Shown: positions 25,413-35,804, counted from the stretch's first letter. The stretch is 64,000 nt of DNA from an uncultured Erysipelotrichaceae bacterium (GCA_964370065.1 CAYJGK010000003.1:12381-76380), one strand, 5' to 3'. Notes: generated by a model not told the origin, from the letters alone. Numbers and translations: made by a program.

Positions 25413-28400
25413 ATGAAAAAAATATATACGGGTATATTAAGTTTACTAATTATGCTTACACTACTACCAATCGCTTTTACAAGTGAGGGAGTTGTTGCTC
25501 AAGAAACGGCAATTGCTGTTCCATCCGATTGGGAAAATGATTTATGGTTAAATAGCGACTTTGAACAAATGCAAGTAGGAGATACGTATACCATCTTTTC
25601 AAGAAGAATTCCAGAATTAGTAGATGATTTCATCTATAATACAGGATTAGTCGTACCCAATATGAATTATCGTGTGATTTCTGGAGATAGTGTTATAGTA
25701 GAAAAGGTAGCTAATGATCCTGACCAAAAGGCTGTAGTGACTGCTAAAAAAGAAGGAATTTCTATTATTGAAGTCACGTATGATGAAACAACTATGGAAG
25801 GTGCTTTTGAAACGTTTGGTGCCTCTTCTTCAGTGAACACTGCGTATATGGTAGTAGAAGTGAATAATCAATTGGCAGATGTGGTGATCACTTCTAATAC
25901 ATTAGACACACTAACAACATATGATACAATTTATTATACAAATAGTGAAACCACATCTTTCACCTTTGATGCAAATGTCACCAAAGGTGAAGTTACAAGT
26001 GTGACTTGTAATGGAGAGACATTAATAGGGAATCAATCTACTTATACAGCCCAATTAGAAAATAGAGCTAATATTATTGGTATTAGTGCCACTTATGACA
26101 ATAAAAGCATCACCAAATATTATATTGTGGATGCTCGTTATATTACAATTAATGTAAGTAATGTAAGCCGCCCTAATGCACCTATTCAAGAGGGGGATGA
26201 AGTGGCAATTAGTTTTACTGGTATTAGTGTGCCGATTCCTAAATTAGCAGGGATATATAACCCCTGTTACACGGATAAGTGGGGGGGGACAAGTAAAGCA
26301 TCAGCAGTTCAATATAAGATGAATAATGAGTTATACTATGGGCGCTCTGGACAATGGGATTTAGCAACCAATAATACGATTTCTTTAACTTTTGATGAAG
26401 CTGGATCCTATACATTTGATGAGGGAACAATTGAAATGAATTGGTGGGGAGAAGCAGCAGATGCACACAAAGCTAAATTTAATAATGCGTATGCAGGTGG
26501 AGGAAGTATGTCTGATCAGCACCAGGCATTTTATAGCCAGTTGCCAAGTTTTACAATTGATGTAGCTGCGTATCAAGAACATGAACTAACTAGTATTAGT
26601 TTAAATAAAAAAGAATTAAGTATCGAAGAAAAAACAAGTGATGAATCATTAGTGGCTAGTTTTGCACCAATAGAAACAACACAACGCGATGTAATTTGGG
26701 AAAGTTCAAACCCTAGTATTGCAACAGTCGATCAAAATGGAAAAATCCAAGCGTTACAAACTGGTTATGTGACGATTACAGTAAAAAGTGCAATCGCACA
26801 CAATGATGCATCTGCTTCTTGTAAAGTACAGGTATTTGCTGAACTACCTGCTACAGTAGAAGAAAAAGCAGGCTTATTGGAAAAAATAGAAGAGGCTAAA
26901 TTGGTGATACATAATGAAGCAGAGTCTGCACAAGCAAGTTGGCTAACATTACAAGAAGTATTAAAAAAAGCAGAAAAAATGTATGCGGATGAAGAAACTT
27001 TATATATGGATTCTTATACGATGACGAAGAATTTAAATGCGGCTATTTTTAATTATAATGATGCTGTTTCATTTATCTATACAATGACGCAAATGCAAAT
27101 AGATGAGCAAACAAAGGTAACGATCACATTCCCTAATTTAAAAATACCTGAAAATTCAGGTATTAATCCGACTTGGAAATGGGAGATAAAAACGGATTTA
27201 GAAGGGTATGAATCGATAGAGATTGATACGGCATATGAAGATGCAAATCAGTTTATATTCACCATTGCAGAACCAATGGATACTGTATTTGCAATTGAAT
27301 CTGCTGTGTTAGTACAATCTTATCGTTCACATCCTCAGTTTCCATACTTTACAACAGTTTCACACTTTGATGACAAAATTCGTAACATTACTGTTACATT
27401 AGGAAATGTAGAATTGATTCAATCGATTCATGTTGCACAAAATTCTATACAACTAGTGAATAATGAAATAAAAAAGGTGAACTATACGATTAATCCAGCA
27501 ACGGCGACTAAACCGGTTATTAACTTTACTTCCAGTGATCCCAACATTGCAAAAGTAGATAATGAAGGTAATGTAGTTGGAGTTGGTGACGGAAGAGTCA
27601 ATATTATTCTAACCTCTAAATATGAAGGGGAAAGTGCAATAGTGGTAGTAGATGTAGAAAATATTGATGTTCGTATTCAAAATATTATGAATAAAATCAA
27701 TGCTTTAGGAGAGGTAACTTTCGCTAGCGAAGCACAATTAAAAGAAATTAGTGCTTTATATGATACATTACCACAAGAGCGTAAAGCGGAAGTCACTAAC
27801 TATGAAGTGGCAAAAGAAGCAGAAAATACAATTGCAGAAATGCATGCCATTCAAGATGATATTGCACAATTAGACATACTTTCTTTAGACACACAAGCAG
27901 AAATAAAAGATGTGATTGCTCGTTTTGAAGCATTGAGTTATGAGCAAAGAGCGAAAATTAGTAATGCGAAAAAATTATTAGATTTACAAGATGCTTTAAT
28001 TGCTAATGAAGATAATTTAAGACAAGCACAAGATGTAGTGAATCAAATTATTGCCTTACCGAACATTACGTTAGATAGTGAATATGCATTACATCAAGTA
28101 GTATATAATTATGAAAAATTAAGTGAAGAAGCCAAAGCGTATGTAACTAATTTAAACACATTGCAACAAGCACAGGCTGCGTACAAAAAACTATATGATC
28201 AACATAGAGCGCAATTTGTAGTCGATAAAATTTATGCGATTGGCGCGGTTAATGCAAGTAAAGCGCAATTAATTAATGATGCTTTATTAGCTTATGAAGT
28301 GTTATCAATAGAACAAAGAGCATATGTTACGAATTATCATGTATTACTGTTATCTAAACAGCTGTTAGATTCCTTACTCCATACAGTGGAACCAGAGTCA

Positions 28401-29144
28401 CCACAAGTTATTCTTCCTACTGATGAAGCGCAAACTGAAAAAGAAGAGCAGGAAGAAACAATAAGTCATACTCAATTTACAGAATCTTTTAGTGCTATTG
28501 ATTTACATAACTTAGATGCAGGGGCAATTGAAGAATTAACAACATTATTAATTGAGATACAACAATTAAGTGATGAAGAATACGAAGCCTTAAGCAAATT
28601 GATAGATTTAGATGCATTTAAAGAAGCAGTAGCCAAATATAATCAAACGAACACAGAAGTAGGAGTAGGTGTTTCTAATGTAGAATGGTATGTGAAGCTA
28701 CAAGCCAAAGTAGTGGAACTTACCAAAGCGCAACTTGATGAAATTGCACATATGATGGAAGATGCGACATTATTGTATGTAGTGGATTTATCATTAGATA
28801 ATATCTTAATTAATAAAAAACATAATTTTGACGAACCGGTTCAAATAGAAATGGATGCTTCTAATTTAGAAAATGTGGAAAGTTATCAAACAATTGTCGC
28901 AATTCATTTTGGCGAAGAAGGGATTGAATACATCCCTTGTACAGTAGATGGCGGAAAAGTAATATTAGAAGCTAGTTCATTCTCGGCATATGCATTTATT
29001 GGAACAACTAAATCATGGAATGAGTTTATTGACCAAGCCGATCCTCAACCTAGCAACACTGTGTATTTATATATGATTGCGATTATTGCAGTAGGTGGTT
29101 TAATCATTGGAAGCATCATGTTGAAAGGAAAAAAAGATGAATAA
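25413..29144 (+). CDS. large secreted, C-terminally membrane-anchored surface protein with Big_2 Ig-like domains and helical repeats
   Basis: 1243 aa. Signal peptide (LLPIAFTSEGVVAQE). Two clear Big_2 domains (VIWESSNPSIATVDQNGKIQALQTGYVTITV, INFTSSDPNIAKVDNEGNVVGVGDGRVNIIL). A FIVAR-like helical segment and four to five helical repeats of roughly 57-60 aa each. Acidic linker, terminal TM helix plus a KGKKDE tail, and no LPXTG motif. Confidence 0.85.
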   Translation: MKKIYTGILSLLIMLTLLPIAFTSEGVVAQETAIAVPSDWENDLWLNSDFEQMQVGDTYTIFSRRIPELVDDFIYNTGLVVPNMNYRVISGDSVIVEKVANDPDQKAVVTAKKEGISIIEVTYDETTMEGAFETFGASSSVNTAYMVVEVNNQLADVVITSNTLDTLTTYDTIYYTNSETTSFTFDANVTKGEVTSVTCNGETLIGNQSTYTAQLENRANIIGISATYDNKSITKYYIVDARYITINVSNVSRPNAPIQEGDEVAISFTGISVPIPKLAGIYNPCYTDKWGGTSKASAVQYKMNNELYYGRSGQWDLATNNTISLTFDEAGSYTFDEGTIEMNWWGEAADAHKAKFNNAYAGGGSMSDQHQAFYSQLPSFTIDVAAYQEHELTSISLNKKELSIEEKTSDESLVASFAPIETTQRDVIWESSNPSIATVDQNGKIQALQTGYVTITVKSAIAHNDASASCKVQVFAELPATVEEKAGLLEKIEEAKLVIHNEAESAQASWLTLQEVLKKAEKMYADEETLYMDSYTMTKNLNAAIFNYNDAVSFIYTMTQMQIDEQTKVTITFPNLKIPENSGINPTWKWEIKTDLEGYESIEIDTAYEDANQFIFTIAEPMDTVFAIESAVLVQSYRSHPQFPYFTTVSHFDDKIRNITVTLGNVELIQSIHVAQNSIQLVNNEIKKVNYTINPATATKPVINFTSSDPNIAKVDNEGNVVGVGDGRVNIILTSKYEGESAIVVVDVENIDVRIQNIMNKINALGEVTFASEAQLKEISALYDTLPQERKAEVTNYEVAKEAENTIAEMHAIQDDIAQLDILSLDTQAEIKDVIARFEALSYEQRAKISNAKKLLDLQDALIANEDNLRQAQDVVNQIIALPNITLDSEYALHQVVYNYEKLSEEAKAYVTNLNTLQQAQAAYKKLYDQHRAQFVVDKIYAIGAVNASKAQLINDALLAYEVLSIEQRAYVTNYHVLLLSKQLLDSLLHTVEPESPQVILPTDEAQTEKEEQEETISHTQFTESFSAIDLHNLDAGAIEELTTLLIEIQQLSDEEYEALSKLIDLDAFKEAVAKYNQTNTEVGVGVSNVEWYVKLQAKVVELTKAQLDEIAHMMEDATLLYVVDLSLDNILINKKHNFDEPVQIEMDASNLENVESYQTIVAIHFGEEGIEYIPCTVDGGKVILEASSFSAYAFIGTTKSWNEFIDQADPQPSNTVYLYMIAIIAVGGLIIGSIMLKGKKDE
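27670..28380 (+). repeat. four tandem, diverged helical repeats (roughly 57-60 aa each) inside the surface-protein gene; a fifth degenerate copy lies near 28480-28650
   Basis: Protein-level periodicity: ...INALGEVTFASEAQLKEISALYDTLPQERKAEVTNYEV..., ...LSLDTQAEIKDVIARFEALSYEQRAKISNAKKL..., ...LPNITLDSEYALHQVVYNYEKLSEEAKAYVTNLNTL..., ...IGAVNASKAQLINDALLAYEVLSIEQRAYVTNYHVL... Boundaries are approximate. Confidence 0.6.
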
Positions 29145-30318
29145 GAAAAATAAAATAGCGACTGGATGGATGCTGTTTGCGATTGGCTTGATCTTTTCTA
29201 TTAGTATATTATTTATAGGTAATGTAAAGGGTTGGTTTGTGACTCAGGTAAGTGATGAGATTTTACAAGTTGAGAGTACTAAAGGAGTTGCTAGTGTACA
29301 AAGAAATCATGTTGCTATACGCTTGGAAAAAGGAATGACTCTTAGTGAAAAAGATATAGTCACAACACAAGTTGGAAGTGAAATATCTTTTTCCTATCTT
29401 GATTCTTCTATCGTTACAATGCAAAAAACAAGCTTCTCATTAGAAATGCAAGAAGGAATACTCACTCTATTATTAGAGGATGGAACTATTTTTGTAGATA
29501 TGCAAAAACAGGATTCTTTGCAACTAGTCGTGCATGGCGAAACGCTTAATTTAACTCAGGCAACCGCTTTTATCCAAATACAAGATGGCTCTACTAACTT
29601 ATCTGTATTAAAAGGGGAAGTAGAATATAAAAAAGAAAAAATTGTTAGTGGGAAAAGTACAGTGCTAACGAGTGAAACTAAAGAATTAAGCGATGTACAA
29701 GTACAAAATTTTAATAATGATACATTATTATTAATGGCCAATTATGGTGATTTATACATTGATGCAAACACAATAGAAAAAGAAATAAAAAATAGAGATA
29801 AGGTGGTCGAATCAATCATCAACGATGAGGAAATTGAAATCACTACTACCAATCCAGATATCAAAGTGAGCGAACAACAAGAGACTCGTCAAGAACAAGC
29901 AACGCCAATTGTTGCAGCTACTGAAAAACAATATGTGTATATTGAAATCAACGCATACTCTATTTTAAACAATATGGATCAACTGCAAGTTGGTAAAGAT
30001 GTGTTTGTCCCTAATGATGGTGTTATTTTACCAATGACAAAGATTGAAATACAAGATGGAGATAGTGTTATGGATATTTTAAAGCGTCTTTGTGACGCAA
30101 CAGGTATTCAATTAGAGTACTCTTATTTACCTATATATGAGAGCCATTATATTGAAGGGTTGAATCATCTATATGAATTCGATTGTGGACAAGGTTCAGG
30201 TTGGGTTTATAAAGTAAATAACTGGAAGCCTAATTATGGAGTAAGTCAATATATAGTAAAAGAAGATGATGTTATTTCATTCAATTATACTTGTGACTAT
30301 GGAAATGATTTACAGTAA
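29137..30318 (+). CDS. N-terminally membrane-anchored FecR-like / DUF4430 (transcobalamin-beta-like) domain protein
   Basis: 393 aa. TM anchor (WMLFAIGLIFSISILFIG). FecR-type beta-sandwich pattern (LEKGMTLSEKDIVTTQVGSEISFSYLDSSIVTM...LEDGTIFVDM...VLKGEVEY). C-terminal DUF4430 signature (GSGWVYKVNNWKPNYGVSQYIVKEDDVISFNY). Confidence 0.75.
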   Translation: MNKKNKIATGWMLFAIGLIFSISILFIGNVKGWFVTQVSDEILQVESTKGVASVQRNHVAIRLEKGMTLSEKDIVTTQVGSEISFSYLDSSIVTMQKTSFSLEMQEGILTLLLEDGTIFVDMQKQDSLQLVVHGETLNLTQATAFIQIQDGSTNLSVLKGEVEYKKEKIVSGKSTVLTSETKELSDVQVQNFNNDTLLLMANYGDLYIDANTIEKEIKNRDKVVESIINDEEIEITTTNPDIKVSEQQETRQEQATPIVAATEKQYVYIEINAYSILNNMDQLQVGKDVFVPNDGVILPMTKIEIQDGDSVMDILKRLCDATGIQLEYSYLPIYESHYIEGLNHLYEFDCGQGSGWVYKVNNWKPNYGVSQYIVKEDDVISFNYTCDYGNDLQ

Positions 30319-30319
30319 A

Positions 30320-30354
30320 GAAAAATACCCGGTTCATTTGAATCGGGTATTTCT
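30320..30354. terminator. bidirectional intrinsic terminator (end of the ECF operon and of gdhA)
   Basis: aaaaatacccg-gttcatttgaat-cgggtatttct. Confidence 0.8.
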
Positions 30355-30360
30355 TGTAAT

Positions 30361-31710
<1,350 letters not shown>

Positions 31711-31872
31711 TTACTCAACTATTATAGCACAAAAAAAATATAGTGAACATAAATTTACATAAAACATCATTTATTTACATTTTCTTACATCGCAACTTGT
31801 AATATGTATATAAAACATGTGAAAGTTATTGTCAAATATTTAAAAATTTGGTACTATATAAAAAAGTAAATA

Positions 31873-32088
31873 TGATAGAGGCGCGATTTGTTATGAAGAT
31901 TGTATGAGAAGGCATTCGTTTATAAGAGAATATAATCAGAGGAACAATCGCCGAATGAATGAAACAGGCATGTTATATTCATGGTAGTATAGTGAATAAC
32001 TATACTATTGTCTTACCTAAAGTAAGGAGTGCTATCTTAAAGATATGAATATCATGTCAATAAGAAAAAACTCTTATTGGCTTTTTTG
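31873..32088 (+). promoter_or_regulatory. lysine riboswitch (L-box) with terminator
   Basis: Starts GATAGAGGCGCG. Contains ATCGCCGAATG and ...ATTGTCTTACC...AAGGAGTGCTATC closing P1. Terminator caataaga-aaaaac-tcttattg plus T-run (32058-32087). Upstream promoter TTGTCA-17-TACTAT with TG extension (31829-31857). Confidence 0.85.
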
Positions 32089-32107
32089 TTTTATCAGGAG
32101 GAAGAAT

Positions 32108-33391
32108 ATGAAAAAGATGATGAATATTGCTGGTGTTCCAGTGAATCAATTAGTAGAGGCATGTGGGAGTCCACTATATGTATATGATGAAAACAAGATT
32201 GATGAGCAAATTGAAACATATCAAAAAAACTTTGTTTCAAAGCATTTTGAAACGGAAATAATTTATGCTTCGAAAGCTTTTACTTGCCAAGCGATGCTTG
32301 CCAAATTAAAACAATATAACTGTGGATTAGATGTAGTGAGTGGAGGAGAATTATATGTAGCAAGTGTTGCAAATTATGAGGCTTCTAAAATTTATTTTCA
32401 TGGTAATAATAAGACATATGCGGAACTAGTGTCGGCATTGGATTATAATGTGCATACAATTGTTGTTGATAATATATATGAAATTGATCAATTAATTACA
32501 CTAAGTGAAGAGATGCATAAAAAAGTGCATGTTTTAATACGCTTGAATCCTAAAGTAGAGGCGCATACTCATGAATATATTATGACAGCAAATGCCGATT
32601 CTAAATTTGGGATTAGTGTGGATTTAAAAGAGGATATTCATGGTATGATTCAAAAAATAGAAGCGAGTGATGGAGTTACATTTGATGGATATCATTGCCA
32701 TATTGGGTCTCAAATTTTTGAAACAGAAGGATTTGTGCAAGCGATTAATAAGATGTGTGAATTCATTCAGTATACACAAGAAACATGGTCTACAAATGTT
32801 AAAGTGTTTAACATGGGAGGTGGATTTGGTGTCACTTATACAAGTGATGATACACCAACTCCAACTAGTGAAATGTGCCAAACATTAATTAACGCAGTAG
32901 AAACTAATAATGAAAAATATAATTTACAATTAGAAAAAGTATGTATGGAACCAGGTAGAAGTATTGTTGCAGAAGCGGGCTATACAATATATGAAGTTGG
33001 ATTTATTAAACAAACGCAAAATAAACAATTTGCATTTATTAATGGTGGAATGGCGGATAATATTCGCCCTGCATTATATAATGCTAAATATCATTGTGAA
33101 ATTGCCAATAAGATGGATGAAAGTAAAACAGAAGTATATGATATTGCAGGTAAATGTTGTGAAAGTGGTGATATCATTATTCATGAAGCTTCTTTACCTA
33201 AAGTAGAAAGTAAAGATTTATTAGTTGTATTAAGTACCGGTGCTTATGGTTATACGATGGCTAGCAATTATAATCGTTTAAATCGCTTAGGAGTATATTT
33301 TGTAAAAGATGGGAAAGTACGTATGGTTGTGAAACCAGAAACGTATGCTCAGCAAATCCAAAATGATTGTGATGAAGAGGTTTCACTATGA
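32108..33391 (+). CDS. lysA: diaminopimelate decarboxylase
   Basis: Start at the ATG at 32108 (AGGAGG RBS). The ORF-track start at 32045 lies inside the riboswitch terminator. PLP-dependent Orn/DAP/Arg decarboxylase motifs (YASKAF, HCHIGSQ, GGGFG, EPGRSIV, CESGD). Confidence 0.9.
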   Translation: MKKMMNIAGVPVNQLVEACGSPLYVYDENKIDEQIETYQKNFVSKHFETEIIYASKAFTCQAMLAKLKQYNCGLDVVSGGELYVASVANYEASKIYFHGNNKTYAELVSALDYNVHTIVVDNIYEIDQLITLSEEMHKKVHVLIRLNPKVEAHTHEYIMTANADSKFGISVDLKEDIHGMIQKIEASDGVTFDGYHCHIGSQIFETEGFVQAINKMCEFIQYTQETWSTNVKVFNMGGGFGVTYTSDDTPTPTSEMCQTLINAVETNNEKYNLQLEKVCMEPGRSIVAEAGYTIYEVGFIKQTQNKQFAFINGGMADNIRPALYNAKYHCEIANKMDESKTEVYDIAGKCCESGDIIIHEASLPKVESKDLLVVLSTGAYGYTMASNYNRLNRLGVYFVKDGKVRMVVKPETYAQQIQNDCDEEVSL

Positions 33392-34206
33392 TTTCTTTTG
33401 AAAAATATCATGGTTGTGGAAACAACTTTGTTATCGTAAATGAAAGGGATGTAAAGCATCTTGATTATGCTAGTTTAGCAAAAAAAATGTGTGATGTATC
33501 AACAGGTATTGGAGCAGATGGGTTAATGGTAGTCGTTGAAAAGCCACTGACTATGCTATTTTATAATTGCGATGGAAGTGAAGCACCGATGTGTGGAAAT
33601 GGCATTCGTTGTTTTGCTAACTATGCTTACCATTACTTAACAAGAGATAAGCGTTTCACAATTGAAACATTAGCTGGTCCGATGCATGTAGAAGTAAAAG
33701 GAAGTGAAGACTTTAGAGTAGAAATCAATATGGGAAAACCAAATTGGGATGCTTCATTATTAAAATTAAGTCGACCTATGAAGAATACGCATACGTATAC
33801 ATTAGAGGTATTAGATAAAACATTCACCTTACATAGTGTGTTTCTAGGAACGATTCATACTGTTGTATTTTGCAATCTGATTATAGAAAGTGATGTTGAA
33901 AAATATGGACAAGCCATTTGTGAGCATCCATTGTTTAAAGAAAAAACAAATGTTAATTTTGTAAGGGTAGTTAATCGTGGTGAAATTGAAGTATTAACAT
34001 ATGAAAGAGGAGTAGGGATTACAAAAGCTTGTGGGACAGGTTGCTGTGCAAGTGTCTTATTTGCTCATTTATTAAAATTTACAAATTGTAAGGTAGATGT
34101 TAGGTTACCACTAGGAACACTTAAGATTAGTTTGAAGAATGATGTATTTATGGATGGACCTGCAAAAAGGGTCGCGATTGGTCAATTTGAGGAGGGCAAT
34201 CTATGA
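33388..34206 (+). CDS. dapF: diaminopimelate epimerase
   Basis: 272 aa. HGCGNNF N-terminus and two catalytic Cys motifs (MCGNGIRC, ACGTGCCA). Confidence 0.9.
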   Translation: MISFEKYHGCGNNFVIVNERDVKHLDYASLAKKMCDVSTGIGADGLMVVVEKPLTMLFYNCDGSEAPMCGNGIRCFANYAYHYLTRDKRFTIETLAGPMHVEVKGSEDFRVEINMGKPNWDASLLKLSRPMKNTHTYTLEVLDKTFTLHSVFLGTIHTVVFCNLIIESDVEKYGQAICEHPLFKEKTNVNFVRVVNRGEIEVLTYERGVGITKACGTGCCASVLFAHLLKFTNCKVDVRLPLGTLKISLKNDVFMDGPAKRVAIGQFEEGNL

Positions 34207-35078
34207 TGGTAAAAGGAAGTATTGTTGCATTAGTAACGCCGTTTGATGAAGTCGGAAATATTAATTTTGAAGCATTAGGTAAATTAGTTGAATTTCACAT
34301 TGCAAATGAAACAGATGCTATTTTAGTGTTAGGAACAACAGGGGAAACCCCCACGTTAACACATGAAGAAGATGCAAGCATTGTAGAGTTTGTTATTAAA
34401 AAAGCAAATAAACGTATTCCTATTTATGTAGGAGCAGGAAGTAATAATACGAATACGCAAATTACATATGCTAAAAAATATGAAAAAATGGGCGCAGATG
34501 CGTTATTAGTGATTGCGCCTTATTATAATAAAGCAAATGATGAAGGAATGTACCAACATTTTAAAACATGTGCAGATGCTGTAAACATTCCATTGATTTT
34601 ATACAATGTGCCTGGTAGAACGGGATGTGCTATTCCATATAGTGTTGTGAAAAGATTGGCTACACATAAAAATATAGCAGGAATTAAAGAGGCGAGTGGG
34701 GACATTTCTTACTTAGCTAAAATTTCAAAACTAGTCAATGATTCATTCTTAATTTATGTTGGAAATGATGATATGATTGTTCCCGCATTGTCTTTAAAAG
34801 CAGCTGGTGTCATTAGTGTAGTCGCTAATATTTTACCAAAAGAAACACACGAAATGGTTATGGCTTATCATGCCGGTGATCATCAAACAAGTATTGATTT
34901 GCAATTAAAATATTTAGATTTAATCAATGCTTTATTTATTGAAACAAATCCAATTCCTGTTAAAGAAGCTATGAATCATATGGGAATGCAGGTAGGAGGA
35001 TATCGCTTACCTTTATATCCAATGTCACAAGCTAATAAAGATATTTTAATTAAGGAATTAAAGGCGGTGAATTTATAA
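34203..35078 (+). CDS. dapA: 4-hydroxy-tetrahydrodipicolinate synthase
   Basis: 291 aa. GSIVALVTPF, GTTGE, YNVPGRTG, IAGIKEASGD (Schiff-base Lys). Confidence 0.95.
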   Translation: MMVKGSIVALVTPFDEVGNINFEALGKLVEFHIANETDAILVLGTTGETPTLTHEEDASIVEFVIKKANKRIPIYVGAGSNNTNTQITYAKKYEKMGADALLVIAPYYNKANDEGMYQHFKTCADAVNIPLILYNVPGRTGCAIPYSVVKRLATHKNIAGIKEASGDISYLAKISKLVNDSFLIYVGNDDMIVPALSLKAAGVISVVANILPKETHEMVMAYHAGDHQTSIDLQLKYLDLINALFIETNPIPVKEAMNHMGMQVGGYRLPLYPMSQANKDILIKELKAVNL

Positions 35079-35788
35079 TGAAGGTGGCATTAGTTGGATA
35101 TGGAACTATGGGTCAAATTGTTGAACAAAAATTAGTTGAAAAAAATCATAGTGTAAGTGGAGTTGTTTCATTAGGAATGTTAGAAAATCTAAATGAAATA
35201 AAAGAGGAGTTTGATGTCATTATTGATTTTTCACACCCTAGTTATTTAGACATGATTATTTCTTATGTAAAAGAAACAAATACGCCAGTTGTATTTGCAA
35301 CAACTGGGTATAGTGAACAACAAATTGCAGCAATTAAACTATTGGGAATGCAACACCCTGTTGTATACACTGCTAATTTCTCATTAGGTATTACCGTTAT
35401 GGAAGAAGTGTTACGAATGATTACACCTATATTAGAAGATAGTTTTGATATTGAAGTAATTGAAAAGCATCACAATAAAAAATTAGATGCACCAAGTGGA
35501 ACAGCTAAAATGTTAGTGGATGCAATAAATGTGAATCAAGCATATGAAGTCGTACATGCACGTGAAGGAATGGCTAAGCGTGGACAAGAAATTGGTGTGC
35601 ATGCTATTCGTGGTGGTAGTATCGTAGGAGAGCATAGTGTTATTTTTGCAGGAGAAGATGAAGTACTTGAAGTGAAACATGAAGCGCATTCAAAAAACAT
35701 ATTTGTCGTGGGGGCAATTAAAGCAGCCAGCTATGTGATCAGTAAGCCAGCTGGTTTATATACAATGAACGATGTCTTGTTTAAATAA
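35078..35788 (+). CDS. dapB: 4-hydroxy-tetrahydrodipicolinate reductase (short form)
   Basis: 236 aa. VALVGYGTMGQ Rossmann motif, EKHHNKKLDAPSGTA motif. Confidence 0.9.
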   Translation: MKVALVGYGTMGQIVEQKLVEKNHSVSGVVSLGMLENLNEIKEEFDVIIDFSHPSYLDMIISYVKETNTPVVFATTGYSEQQIAAIKLLGMQHPVVYTANFSLGITVMEEVLRMITPILEDSFDIEVIEKHHNKKLDAPSGTAKMLVDAINVNQAYEVVHAREGMAKRGQEIGVHAIRGGSIVGEHSVIFAGEDEVLEVKHEAHSKNIFVVGAIKAASYVISKPAGLYTMNDVLFK

Positions 35789-35804
35789 TGGATAGGAGAT
35801 ACAT

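Noticed and set aside
32045-32107. N-terminal extensions suggested by the ORF track for lysA (32045), valS (43952), pheS (58384), the CaCA gene (56174), ppdK (46747) and the PTS gene (50295).
   Set aside because: Each extension runs through a riboswitch/T-box/leader terminator or lacks an RBS. An internal ATG with a strong Shine-Dalgarno sequence gives the family-typical N-terminus.
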